From the NCBI GenBank assembly GCA_976551045.1, contig CDPCPM010000029.1, positions 40,920,001 through 40,984,000 on the forward strand: 64,000 nt of DNA, given 5' to 3'. The notes under the pieces are model-generated. The model did not search any database. It was not told where the DNA came from and worked only from the letters and a program-made list of their open reading frames with translations. Shown in pieces: positions 13,775-27,324 of the stretch (its first letter is position 1; the number at the start of each line of letters is the position of its first letter). Source of the stretch: Glaucostegus cemiculus (Eukaryota). A program made the translations under genes and the position numbers.

Positions 13775-15898
13775 ACCATCAAAGATGCCTTCCGAGCCAC
13801 TCCTCCCTCTCAATTTGGTACATTTGACCACCAGGCTCTGCTCCTCCTCCCTGCATACAAACAGAAACTGAAGCGGGAGGACCCGGTACAGAGAGTCATG
13901 CAGTGCTGGTCTGAGGATACAGATGAGCTTCTACGCGACTGTTTTGAGTCAGTGGACTGGTCCATGTTCAAACACTCAGCTGCCAGCCTCCATGAGTATG
14001 TCACCACCATCACGGACTTTATCAGCAAGTGTGATAAAATGTACCAAAGAGGACAATATGGGTGTTCTCAAACCAGAAACTATGGATGAACCAGGAGATC
14101 CACTCCTTACTGAAGTTGAGGACTGCTGCATTCCAATCGGGTGATCCTGACCTCCACAAGAAATTGAGATACAACCTCCAAAAAGCTATCAGGAATGCCA
14201 AGAGACAATACCGGTTCAAAATAGAGTCCCAAACCTGCCATCAGTTGTGGCAGGGCTTACATGCTATAATGGGCTACAAAACAAAGTCGGGCAGCATAAT
14301 CAACAACAGCGCATCCCTTCCTGATGAGCTTAACACATTCTATGTGCGTCTTGAACAGAAGGGGAGTGGATTGTCACAACCCACCCTGAGAGCCTCCAAT
14401 ACAACAGTGGTCACCGTTGAGGACGTAAGATCAGTCTTCAGAGGAAAATATCTGGCACTGATCAGGTCCTCAGATTTTGTGCTGATCACCTGGCGGGGGT
14501 ATTTGCAGACATATTTAACCTCTTCCTGCTTCAATCTGAGGTTCTCAACTGTTTTAAGACCACTATCATCCTGGTACCAAAGAAAAACAAGGTAACATGC
14601 CTTAATGGTTACCGACCAGTGGCCCTGACATCCACCATCATGAAGTACTTTGAGAGGCTGGTTATGGCACGCATCAACTCCAGCCTCCCAGGCAACCTCG
14701 ACCCACTGCAATTCGCCTACTGCCAAAACAGGTCTACGGCAGGTGCCATCTCCCTGGCCCTACACTCAGTAAAGACACCTAACTACGTTAGACTATTGTT
14801 TATTGACTACAGCTCCACCTTCAATACTATAATTCCAAGCAAACTCATCATCATACTCAGAGACCTGGGACTCAACACCTCTCTCTGTAACTGGATTCTT
14901 GACTTCCTGATCAACAGACTGCAATCAGTGAGGATAGGCAGCAACACCTCCAGCACAATTATTCTCAACACTGGTGCCCCACAAGGCTGCATCCTCATAT
15001 ACTCTACTCCCTATATATTCATGACTGCATGGCCAGATTCTGCTCTAACTCCATTTACAAAGTTTGCAAATGATACCCCCATTGTAGGCCTATCTCAAAT
15101 AATAATGAGTCTGAGTACAGGAAGGAGATAGAGAGCTTAGGTGATATGGTGTCATGACAACAACCTTTCCCTCAATGTCAACAAAACAAAAGAGCTGGTC
15201 ATTGACTTCAGGAAAGGGGGCGGTGTACACGCACCTGTCTATATCAGTGGTGCCGAGGTCAAGAGGGTTGAGAACTTCAAGTTCCTTGGAGTGAACATCA
15301 CCAACTACCTATCCTAGTCCAACCACATAAGACGCCATGGCCAAGAAAGCTCACCAGCACCTCTACTTCCTCAAGAGGCTAGAGAAATTTGGCATGTCCC
15401 CTTTGACACTCACCAACTTTTAGGATGCTTTCTATTGTGCATCGCTATCTGGATGCACCACGGCTTGGTAAACCAGCCTCCCCTCCATGGACTCTTTCTA
15501 TACCCCTCACTGTCTTGGTGAAGCAGCCAGCAAAATCAAAGACCCCACCCACCCAGGTTATTCTCTCTTCTCCCATCGGGCAGAAGATAGAGGAGCCTGA
15601 GGGCACATACCACCAGGCTCAAGGACAGCTTCTATCCCACTGTGATAAGACTATTGAATGGTTCCCTTATACAATGATTTGGACTCTTGACCTCACAATC
15701 TACCTCGTTGTGACCTTGCACCTTACTGTCTATCTGCAATGCACTTCCCTGTAGCTGTGACACTTTACTCAGTATTGTTATTGTTTTTACCCTGTACTAC
15801 CTCAATGCACTGTGTAATGAATTGATCTGTATGAACAGTATGCAAGACAAGCTTTTCACTGTACCCCAGTACAAGTGACAATAATAAACCAATACCAA
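13775..15898 (+). mobile_element. Rex-Babar-type LINE (second family), frameshifted, inserted in a CR1 relic
   Basis: End of the endonuclease region (DH..LLLPAYKQKL), RT motifs [42 protein letters not shown] and KFANDT; 3' tail GTGACAATAATAAACCAATACC. Confidence 0.9.
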
Positions 15899-17039
15899 AT
15901 ATACTCTCTATCAAGACCTCTTACATTTCAATCAAATCGTCCCTCAAATCTTCCTATCTGTTGAAGACTCCCCGCTTAACATTACTCCTTACTACTCACC
16001 TTAACTTAACTACCAGTGCTGAAGTTGCCCTGACCACTCGACCTTGATTACATTTTGGCACCTCATTCTAAACCACTTCTTTGCCCCTTATCACTTACTA
16101 CACTCTGAAAAATACCACCTTGATTTTCTCCTCAAGTTTTAGGACCACAGAAATCAAGCGCCTCTAACTTATTAACTATAAAGTTAGCATGCAAGTACTG
16201 CAAATAACTGGGAGGGCAAATGGTATATTGATTCTTATGCAGACGGGATAAAAGATTAAATAGGGAAGTCTTATACAGGGAATTAATGAGACCAGACCTG
16301 GAATACTGCTTAGTTTTGGTGTTATCAGAAGTTGCTGAGGTTCCCTAATTCTCCAATCACTAAAATACTATGACAAGTGTCAGCCAGTTTACCCTCTCCA
16401 TGTTTGATGCCCTGATCAGGAATAAAATCTGTTACTGTCCCATCTTTTCTGAATAACTAGGATTTGCAGGAAATCCAGCAATAAATTTAATGAATATGAG
16501 GTACACAATATTATTCAAATCCCATGGGTTCAATGTTTAAAAAGGAGTTACAAAATCACATCCTCAGAAATAAGCTGAATCAATTATTTCATCTGCTGCA
16601 CTTGAATAATCTTTTTATTTGGCAAGACATTCCCAAAGTGTTGAACCTCAACTATATCCTCTTTACAGACTCAGAAACGTTAGGATAAATTGGTTAAGTT
16701 AAGGTACCTTTAAAAAAAAGTAACAACAAATTTCTATTTTAGGTATTCTGGCAGAAACTGTGTTTTTGGCAAAGGAACACCAGCTTTCTATTCAAGTGTT
16801 GGTGCTCTAATCACTAGTTTTACAGTACTCTGAAATTTGAACATGTACTTTTATTTCCAATTAAGGGAATGATAGCAAAATGTCTGTATTACTGGAATGA
16901 CAATCCAGAAGCCTTAACTAAGTGATATGGAGAGACAAACTAAAATCCTTTCATAGCAGCTGGGGAATGTAAGCTTAATAAAAATCTGGAATTAAAAAGC
17001 TAGCTTAAGTAATATGACCAAGTACAAGACAATAGTACT

Positions 17040-17580
17040 GTACAGGAGTACTGTGCTCAGTTCTGGTCACCTCACTACAGGAAGGATGTGGAAACCATAG
17101 AAAGGGTGCACAGGAGATTTACAATGATGCTTCCAGGATTGGGGAGCATGCCTAATGAAAACAGGTTGAGGGAACTCGGCCTTTTCTCCTTGGAGCGAAG
17201 GAGGGTGAGCGGGCACCTGATAGAGATGTACAAGAAATGAGAGGCATTGATCTTGTGGATAGTCAGAGGCTTTTTCCCAGGGCTGAAATGGTTGCCACAA
17301 GAGGACATAGGGTTAAGGTGCTGGGGAGTAGATATAGAGGAGATGTCAGGGGTAAGTTTTTTCTTTACTCAGAGAGAGGAGTGTGTGAAATGGGCTGCCA
17401 GCAACAGTGGTTGAGGCAGATACAATAGGGTCTTTTAAGAAACTTTTGGATAGGTACATGGAGCTGAGAAAAAGAGAGGGCTAAGGGTAAGCCTAGTAAT
17501 TTCTAAGGTAGGGACATGTTCAGCACAGCTTTGTGGGCCAAAGGACCTGAATTGTGCTGTAGGTTTTCTAGGTTTCTAAT
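17040..17580 (+). mobile_element. CR1 LINE 3' fragment nested in an older SINE-like repeat (~16880-17720)
   Basis: EYCAQFWSPHYRKDVETIERVHRRFT, LGLFSLERRR, MRGIDLVDSQRLFP, TRGH; tail GGGCCAAAGGACCTG...(TTTCTAGG). Confidence 0.85.
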
Positions 17581-17721
17581 CAAAGAACCACATAGCCTCC
17601 AAAAGCCTTCTGATAAGGAAATTCAGCCTGGTCTATCCTCAACATCAGATCCACAAGTACACGACTGACTTTAAAATGAAATTTGAAAAAGCTGACCGAG
17701 CAATTGTGTTATACAGCAACA

Positions 17722-17837
17722 AGAGACGTACAGGTAGATTAATTTGGGGGTTTAAAATGGCCGGCGCGATCTCGTTGGGCAGAAAGGGCCTGTTGCCACG
17801 CTGTAAATAATTTTTTTTTTAATTTAAATTTAAAAAA
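17722..17837 (+). mobile_element. 3' part of a V-SINE-like element (same family as 44445-44700)
   Basis: GGTAGATTAATTTGGGGGTTTAAAATG...GAAAGGGCCTGTTGCCACGCTGTAAATAA matches the reverse complement of 44465-44545. Confidence 0.7.
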
Positions 17838-18329
17838 GGAGATAGGCAGTATATGTTCATATTCTATGAAGGAAAGAAAAAAATCAAGTTAGGATCTTGT
17901 AAACTTTAGTAAAGGTTTCACTCAAGTGAAGGGGTACCTGGAAAATGTAAGTACTTGAAATTACAGCTACTTCCATACTAGCACCACAGCTGTACAACTC
18001 AGCAGTTACAAAACACCATAAATGCTTCACCATTTAATGCATATCCATGGTCTGGTTATTCCAATTTGTCCTAAAATACAATAAACTCATTTCAATACAT
18101 AGTTATACATTTGTGCAAGTAATTACTCATAGGTTTAACTGTGGGTATATGTTTACACTCAGTACCCTATCATTTGAAAGAGTAACAGATCCTTTGACAA
18201 AGATGAAGATCATTGATTATTACTCAAATGCAACATTAACATTTCTAAGGTGAACTAAGCAAATGATCTAGGATTCTTCAGAGGAAAAAATGCTGAAAAC
18301 TTTTGTTGTTTATTCAAGTTAAAAATATT

Positions 18330-21225
18330 CCACAAACAAGCATGAGAGAGATTTCAACCACGATACAAGACTGTTAATAAAGGATGTAATCAGTACAGTA
18401 GTGAGAAATAATCTGGATTAGAACATCAAGATATTAAAATAAATTTTGGTTGAGGCAAGAAACAAGGAAAAGTCGTCATTGGTGGGATTAGCCTGTGGGT
18501 CTCTTAACCATAGCTACACTACAGGACAAAATACAAATCAAGAAATAACAGGGAGCTTGCATGAAAGGTACTGGAATTATCGTGGGTGATTTTAATCTTC
18601 ATAAACATTGGGGGGGGGGGGGGGGATATCAAATTGACAAAGATATGCCAGACAACAAGTTCACAAAATATATTCTGAACAGTTCCTTAGAATAATAAAT
18701 TGTTGAACCTACTAGGGAACAGGCCATTTTAGATCTGATCACACATCTTAAAACAGGATTAATAATTTCATAACACAGAATTCTCTGCGAAGAATGATCA
18801 TAAAATGATGTTTGAATTTCTAGCATCTTAAACTTCAGAAATTCCAATATTATAAAAGGCAGAGTTGACCAAAGGAGATTGGGAAAATAGGTCAACAGTC
18901 AATAGATCAATAATCCAGGAGTGGCCATTCTAGAGTCTTATTGAGATTCAACATGACTTCTTTGCTTTTGTACTCTATGCTTACATTTATAAAACTCAGT
19001 CCTTGGGAGAATGAGACTGGGAAAATAATGTATGGGAAAACGAAAACAAATAGATTCGCTGTTCCTTCATGACAGAAGATACTAAAAGCTTGCCAAAAGT
19101 AGTAGAAAAATATCAAGGGAGACAGGGACTTCTATCAATTCTCTCTAGAGAAAAGGCAAACTACTGAGATTAAACGCAGACAAGATCCCTGGATCAGATG
19201 GCCTATACCCTTGGGTCTTAAAAGATCCAATAAAGAAGTGATGACAGAGTTAGTGAACATAATAATCATGCTTTTCCCAAATTCCATAGATTCTAGAAAT
19301 GTCCCAGTCAGAAGACCACAAATACAAAACAAACAAAACAAGATATGCTGGAAAAAGTCAGGTCAGGCAACATCTGTGGTAAGAGAAACAGTCAACATTT
19401 TAAGTCCATGAACCTTCGTCAGAAATGGGAAAGAGAGAAAGATACACACAGGCTAGTTTTCAAGAAGGAGAGGAGGTGGGGGAACAATGTATAGAACAAG
19501 GGGAATTTTGTTTTTATATCATGTTGGCTCTGTTTTTGTTTAAATCCTACTTGTACAAGTCCCACAACTTTACCATTACAACACATTACACAAACCAAAG
19601 CAGCTTAAAGCACTGATTAGTATTATGAATAAACCATTTCAACTCATCCTATCACAGGCATCTCCTTCTCCTTCCCCCCATCTCTCCCCCAAATTCTCTC
19701 CTACTGAAAACTAACTTGCACCTCTCTCATTCCCAGTTTGAAGAAGGGTCACAGGCCTGAAACATTAACTGCTATTCCTTCCACAGATGCTGCCTGATCG
19801 GTTGAGTTTTTCCAGCATTTTGTCTTTTTTAAATTTCAGTTGGCCATCATCTGTATTTTGATTTTCACAAAATAGAACAAACTATTAAAAAAAAAACCAC
19901 AGGGGAACAAAGCATAAAACTATAGGCCAGCTAGCCTAACATCTGTCAATGCAAAAATGCCAGCATTCATTACTAAGGAAGCGGTAACAGGATATTTAGA
20001 AAATTGAAATACAAACAGGCAGCGACAATGTGTCTTTATAAAAGGAAAATCCTGTTTGGACAATTTATTAAGGTTCATTAAGATGGTACAAGCAGAGTAG
20101 ATAAAGGGGAAAATAAATGGATGTAGTGTATTTGGATTACCAGAAGGCATTCGTTAAGGTAACAGATAATAGGTGAGGTAATTATACATATAAGCTCAGA
20201 TCTCTTGGCACTGGGGGTTAATGTTAGTGTGGACAGAGCACTGGCAAACAAAATCAGGATAAACACGCCTTTCTGGGGTGGCAAAAATGGAACCAGTAGC
20301 TGACACAAGAATCTATGCCTCAACCACTTATAATTATCTACTTAGATGAGGGAAGCAAGTGCATTTTAAACAAATTCACTGGAGGATTTAAAAAAAAAGT
20401 GGGCAAGAACATAGGCTGTAAGGACTACACACAGAATCTGCAAGGGATTACATAAAAGTGAAGTGACTGAGGAAAAAAAAAATCAGAGAAGTATGACATG
20501 GATAAATAAGGTGATCCATTTTGGGAGGAAGAATAGAAAAGTATCATATTGTTTTGATGAAGAGACACTAGAATAGCACTGAACAGGGATCCAAGTGCCT
20601 TTGTATAATAAACACAGATACCATATAATACATTTGAAGAGGAAATGATATATTGACAGTCAATGCAAAGGGAACAGAGGACTAATAAGGGAAGTCTTGA
20701 ACTCATTCAGGGGCCTGGGGAAACCTGGAGTATTGCAGACAATTTTTGTCTCACTTAAGGAAGAATATACTGAGGTTGGACTTACTTCAAAGGAAGTTCA
20801 CTAGGTTAAATCCTCAGATGAAAAGTCTTATGAGCAATAGTTGAACTGATACTCACTGGAATTTAGAAGAATGAGAGGTTATATTATTGAAACAATTTTC
20901 ACAGAGCTTGGCAGGGTAAATACTGAGAAAATATTTCCACTTATGGTGGAATCTTGAACTAGGAGACACAGTTCCACAGTAAGTAGTTGCCTAGCAAACA
21001 CAGGTGGGAATTTCTTCTCTCAGATGATCATGAGTGCTGGAATTCTCTACCCTGGGAAGCTGTGGAGCTAAGTCATTGAATATATTCAACGCAGACTGAT
21101 TTTTCAATTACAGGGGAATTGACAGTTATGGGGAATGGGTAGGAAAGTGGAGCCGAGGCTAGATTAGGTCAGTCCCAATCTTATTAAACTGTGGAGCAAA
21201 TTTAGGGGCTACGTGATCTTCTTTT
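18330..21225 (+). mobile_element. Long degraded CR1 LINE (endonuclease to 3' end) with nested insertions
   Basis: GDFN motif (18586), PTREQAILDL, NYRPASLTS (19918), KGKSCLDNLL, VVYLDYQKAF, LEFRRMRG and a CR1 3' UTR. Many stops and frameshifts. Confidence 0.8.
19325..19866. mobile_element. Penelope-derived fold-back mini-element nested in CR1
   Basis: Terminal repeat (hammerhead-like motif + CAGATGCTGCCTGA...TCCAGCA) on the minus strand at ~19340-19500 and on the plus strand at ~19650-19866. Confidence 0.7.
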
Positions 21226-23536
21226 GTCTATCATCTTCATCTGAACTGTGGTAGATTAGATTGATTAAAAATAATTTTTCACAATTTTGTACATTTCCAA
21301 GAGATTCAAAACTAACAATATCAATCTTTTTTTAATTACTGTTTAATAGCCCATTCCAAGAATCAATCTGCCAGTTGCATTCTGCCATGTGTGTACACAT
21401 CCTGGGGCAGGGACATCATGCACTCTCCAGATCCACTCTCTTCAGGGCACTATATTTTTTTTAATAAAATGCCATAACTTTTGCAATAAAGATATTTGCC
21501 TTCCTAATTGCTTGCTGCATCTATACAACTTTCAATGAATAATGTACAAGGACATTCAAGTCCTCCTGAACATCAATGGCCTTCAAATTTAAACCAAAGT
21601 AAATGACTTCACATCATATCCCATCTGCCTCATCCTCAGCCATTGATTTTGGTTGTCCATCTTCCTTCTGTACCCTCTCAGTCCACAAAGCCACCCAGCT
21701 TTGTATCATCAGCCAAGTTAGATATATTACACTTGAAACCTTCAACCAAATCAGTGATTATAGATTGTGAACAACTGGGATCCCAGCACCAAGCCTTGCA
21801 TTACCCCTTTGGTTACAATTTCCCAAACTGAATAGAACCTATTTATTCCTACTCTGTTTTGGGTCCATTAATCCATGCTGATACATTACTCCCAATTGCA
21901 CATGCTCCAATTTAAAAAAAATGCAAAATACTGGAAATACTCCACAGCTCAGGTAACATCTAAGGAGAGAAAAACAGGGATAAGATTTCAGATTTCCATG
22001 TCTCCACCTCGTTCCTCCCTTAAAACACTATTTAAAACCTCTCTCTCACACATCATCTGGTCAGTGTCTTGTTGTGGCTTGGCATTACAATTTGCTCAAT
22101 AATACTCCTCTGAAGTACGTGAAATGTCTGCTGCATTAAAGTTCCCACACAAATACAAGTTGGTGCCCCTGTGACTTGTTCTGTGTTCCTGCTGCCACAT
22201 TAGACTCTGCAGTCCCTTGTGGTTGATATCTGGAACATCCTGGCAGAGGTGGTGGCAGAATCTAACAAAATTACCATGCCTAAGAGGTATTTAGACAGAC
22301 ACTTAAATAGGTAAGACAGAGGGATACAGTTCTAATGGGAACAAATAGGATTAGTGCAGATGGGCAGAAATGGGCATGAATGTGGTGGATTGAACGGCCC
22401 ATTTCAGTGCTCTATGACGCTACAGCTAAAAACTGAATACACTCAGTTGCTGCACATTAATCACCAAAACTATAGAATAATTAATTCAAACCATTACAAG
22501 ACCAACTATTAAGCAACATCAAAACATGTACAAACACAGTCTGCATTACTGTTCTGCTCTAGCTGGTCTTCCAATGCAAACCTCATTCTACAGTTATCTA
22601 TAATGTGCCCAATCCAACATATTCACCAGCATATTTGTCACAGCACAAATCAGAAGGAGAGTTAGAACATATCCTTTAATATCTAACAGAGCCAAAGAAT
22701 GAACTTGTTGAATTAATTCAAAACTGATCACTGGTTGAGCTATTTTCAATGGCATGCAGCTGCAACCGTTAAGGAAGTTTGCACCCTTGAGTTGGAGAAG
22801 CTGACAAAATGCAGAAGCGTAGCTCCAGAAAAAAGCCACATTTCTCAGAAGCTATTTAAAGCAATGTTTTAAAACTGCTAAAATACAATTTGAGTGAGCA
22901 GTAGGAGTCTTAACCTTGTGTAAAAGAAGCCAATTATTTTTTTTCTTAATCCTCATGAAAAAGAAGGGGAATGGTATGGTTGAGGTCAGTAGGTGGACAA
23001 TGTTACCACTATGAAAATAATGCAAGAGTCTTCAGTGCACTTAGTAATCTTCTAATGAGTTAATGGAATTTCTTGTTAGCTAGCTTTTGTTGACAATTTG
23101 GTGGAAAAACAAATGTCTCAATATTTATAAATGAATGTGTGTTAATTGAGGCTACGTGCTAGAGAAATAAACCTGAAGTCTAGCTAGGCTAGGGAGCATC
23201 TTTTTCATCTATTTCACCAATGTATCAAGATACATCCTAAGAGACAGTAGTTCATTTACAAGCCAGCACACAAATTATTTATGGGTTGAGCTGTTGGTGC
23301 AAACTCAATACTCCAGACTATCTGACAAAAGTTATACTGTTGCAAAGCAAGCACAGCACAGAACTCCTATCCAACAAGCATCATAATATGAATCTATGAG
23401 GATACAGAGAACTGTGTCCATTCTTAAAGATACATTTTGAACGGTAGTGTAATTCAAATGGATCTGAACATGTTCACTCAGAACAAGAGCTTTACCTGGA
23501 ATATTAAAAGTACTCATTTACACTGAACAGTCTTAC

Positions 23537-23612
23537 CTGCTACGAATGGATAAGGAAGGTTTCACAGCTTCCACACTTCTGATCAAGATGACAGACCTCT
23601 CCAGCTTTGGCT
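23537..23612 (-). other. Candidate non-coding 5' UTR exon of TLN1 (76 nt)
   Basis: Minus-strand acceptor TCTTTTTTTTTGCTCAG| and donor GCAG|GTAAGA flank an ATG-free 76-nt segment in non-repetitive DNA. Confidence 0.5.
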
Positions 23613-24131
23613 CTGAGCAAAAAAAAAGATAAATTTAACTTTCAATGATTCCTCTTTAAATTGTGGGCAGTACAATGTCCAATGAAATAAGGGTGCAATG
23701 TTTGTACTTATTTAAAATGCCAAATTTATGGTGCCTTAAGAGCGGTTTATATAACAATTACCATTGATGTTGCAATAGTGAATAAAAGTTATTACATTTG
23801 AAAAACAATATTAATCTCGTCACAAGGTGCTGGTCTGCTTTCCCTCAAAATAAACCTTTCAAATAATGTACTGCTTACCATTTTTTAGGCTTTTAGTATT
23901 TTTTAATAGAGAATGCCTGACCTATAAAAAGTTAAACATAAATTATAAGATTATTTTTTCTTGTGAATGTTGCACCAAATAGGATTTGATGCCCAATTAT
24001 ATTTCTTAAAACATGTTCATTTTTACCATGCATTAGTAGTAATCCTAAATGACTCATAGAAAACTATTAATTTAACAGAACATGAAGAATCACGCTGTAC
24101 AAAGAAGCCAATCAACACAATGTGCATCTAA

Positions 24132-24308
24132 ATAAAAACAGAAAATGCTGCAAATAATCAGCAGATTAGGCTTAAAGTTGGAGAAAGCTTAAAGTTTCGG
24201 GTCTGTGACCTTCATTTTCTCTCTCTGCAGATGCTGTCCGATTTGCTGAGCATTTCTGATTTTCAATTTCTATTTCAGATTTCCAGCAGGCGCAGTTATG
24301 GGCTTTTC
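24132..24308. mobile_element. Very short Penelope-derived inverted terminal-repeat pair
   Basis: AAAATGCTGCAAATAATCAGCAGATTAGGC (minus copy), partial GGTC-ACA-GACCC-GAAAC, then CAGATGCTGTCCGATTTGCTGAGCATTTC (plus copy). Confidence 0.6.
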
Positions 24309-25629
24309 AACACTGGATGACTTTGCCCCCTCCCCAAAAAGCAGATGGATACACAATCACTCTCACTCTTCCAACTCTCTTCCCTTTGTCCTGACAATAT
24401 TTCTTTAGCACACTTACAAATTTCCTTTTGAATGCTTCAACTGGAACTTTTTTCCTACTGTTCAAGCAATGCATTCCATATTATAATTAACGAGAGTCAG
24501 AAAAAGTCACTCCATTAGCTTTTCAACCAGTTACCATAGGTATCATGAATATAACTGCTCAGCTCATTTCACAGAATAGTGACAAAATAGTGGATGTAAC
24601 TTTCCCCCAAAAAACTTTGAAAATTAGAATTATCTTTAAAACCATCAACTCAATTTTATGCACCATTTTGTTTTATGAAAGCACAGAAACACCTCTAAGC
24701 AGTACTAAAACAAAACTGTTTCATGCCTGGCTCTCAAAACAACTTCAAAGCAGGTAACTGCAATTCACAGAAACACCTGTGTTTGCTATTCTGCTGGAAG
24801 TATTCAACTGAAATTATAAAGTTTTCTGTACCATCATCTTTGATAAAATAGTGGTTACTTGCTAAAACTGAATAGTTATCTTCTCTTCTCCCTGACCCCT
24901 CCAAGAGGTAATGCCAGATTCACTATCATGAAAAATATATATCCTTGGCATATTCATTCAGTATCAGAGATCAGCTGATCCTGAGTCTTGACTCCCTAAC
25001 AAAGTTGAGCTGTGCTGTGCACCAAATTAGTAATGTAACTTAGAATATTTGAAAGAACAGTCTTCATCTTAAACCTAGTGTTTCTTATTATTATTAGGCT
25101 CATAAACAGAAGCAGCCAATAGATTTTTTGCTTCTCAAGAGGCATTTAATATGCTTAAATGACTTTAAAACTCTAGTCTGCATAATTGTTATTCTGACAG
25201 CATTCAACTGCTCACAAGTTTCTGCATTTGCATTGTAAAGCATTTTAAAGCAAATTATTTTTGAAGGCTAGTCATTACTGCAATGTAGAAAGTACGGTCC
25301 CTTGTGAATGTCTATACTAAAAGTAAATGATCCCACCCCATCTCATGTTCTGTATTACATTAGTTTGCCGGAGGCATCAGAGAGTTACGAGATGGTATAA
25401 ACTTACAGCATGTAATCTTCAATGTATTTTCCAATCTTCCAACAGTTTAAAACCCTTATATAATGGGGAAAATGAACCAAGGAGAATCCCAAGATTTGTC
25501 TCGACCACGTACTGTGCAGGAAGGAGTTTTAAAAGTTACCGAGACACCAAATATTGAGTAAACACCAATAGTTTTGTTATGCATCACATAAAAATGTACA
25601 CTCCCTGCTGGATGCTAGGTAATCGCTTT

Positions 25630-25955
25630 CCCCATTACACATTCCAGAGTGCAGTTTGTCTGCTGCTTACTCCCTGAATGAGCAGTATGCTTGGAATGCC
25701 TCCATAGGAACTGATTCCCTGGATGATGATTAGCTTGACCACTAACAATGTAGTCACTTCCTGCTTTAACCAGCGTTCCTTAAAAGGGAATCATTCACCA
25801 GAGGAGGAGGAGGATCTGATGCAACTGAATTGTGTTTTTAAGAAGAGTACTCTGCCTTATAATAAGAGTACTCACCCCCTCCCCTGCAAGTGTTCCCGTT
25901 AACAATTTGGATCTAGCTTTGAGCAGAACAAATATGGCTTCATCTACATTCCCCA
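25630..25955. promoter_or_regulatory. Candidate SRF/TEAD/ETS enhancer cluster
   Basis: Perfect CArG CCTTAAAAGG 25778-25787; near-CArG ACAAATATGG 25928-25937; MCAT motifs ACATTCCA 25639-25646, TGGAATGC 25692-25699, ACATTCC 25946-25952; ETS CACTTCCTG 25755-25763. Motif evidence only. Confidence 0.45.
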
Positions 25956-26749
25956 CTTCAGAATGTTTACTAATGAGGAAGTACTGAGAAGCTCAATTCT
26001 CAAGTAGGTGAATATTTTCCTCCGAATTATCACGGCTGTTTTCGGTTTGCTAAGATGCTTCAACAAAAGAAGCATGCAGAGCAAAGACATCTGAAATATG
26101 TTGGTTGCCAGAGTTCCAATGCATGCTGCACATTACTGCAAACTAGAGTACAAACTTTGATATGTGGCTATCATGCCATTTTCTTTATAAATGCCTTGAC
26201 AGACAGACATTGTTGGTAATGCATCTTTTAAATGTTTTGCAAAACAATTCACTGAGATAATCATCAGGGTGATGGGAACACTACACTGGATTAATAATTA
26301 TTACTGCAATCAAACTGTACAAAATGCCTTTTGTGGATCTGAAGGGGATAGCAGGATAGTTTTCTTCAGATGTCACCCCCAATACAAACGGTGCACTTTG
26401 AAATTTTAGTGAAGGAAGTGGGCGTTTGCCCAACTGAGCATGTCCATGTCAGCATGAGTGTGCTGGTCCTTGTGTGCCCGTCTGCCTTTGCAGATTAATG
26501 TAGACATTAAAAGACAGCAGACATTAAAATTAATTACTCAACCTTTTCTACAGCCTAAATGTGACTTTGCCTCTTCCACTCCACTATTTTTAAATTGAGC
26601 CAAAATTTCTATTCCTGACCTGCTCTGGCAGTGCTATTGGAACAGCCTCTCTTCCACTTGCACACTGGTGGATACAACAGCAGTTTACAACCCTCCAAGA
26701 CAGTATATAGGCTCCATGAATCACTATTCTGATAGTGTTGAGAGCAAAC

Positions 26750-26751
26750 TG

Positions 26752-26777
<26 letters not shown>
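26750..26777. repeat. Poly-G homopolymer (~28 nt)
   Basis: Uninterrupted G run; a shorter run lies at 18609-18625. Confidence 0.9.
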
Positions 26778-26783
<6 letters not shown>

Positions 26784-27324
26784 CAAAAGCGTACCTTCAA
26801 TTTAATATAAATTCCTTTGAACATTTAATACAAGATACAGGAATGACTGTTTAACCAGGAAGCATGATTGGAGGTGCAAGGTCACAGGCTGAAATCCCCA
26901 GGAGTCTGTTGCCTTATTTGTTTAGCATGGCCCTTGTCCTATGGGCTCTTAATTACATTGACTTAGGTGCTGCATTTCTCTGTATCACCTACATCACTGT
27001 AAAGGACATAATATTGTCAAAAGGCAATTGGAGTATAAAATTTAAAACTATACTTTTAATGTCCCCTTTCTGCACTGTGCTCTAAATTCCAGCTCAAAAT
27101 AGCACTCATAAATAAAACCTTAACTTAAAACCAAAACAGTAGTGAGCCACAACATCAATCATTTCAGACCCTTAAGTATGCTCATCATTCATTGGCTGAT
27201 TTAGAGTTGAAATGCAAACCAACTAAAACCTTGCTTCAATGCCCTTACTTAAGACTATCAATTCCAGTTTTGAAATTTCAAATGCTTAACTTCCCTGCAC
27301 CTTCAGGTTTGAGAGAGAAATGGG

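Noticed and set aside
26750-26777. Poly-G as a functional G-quadruplex
   Set aside because: It can form G4 in principle, but homopolymer length is error-prone and nothing indicates function.
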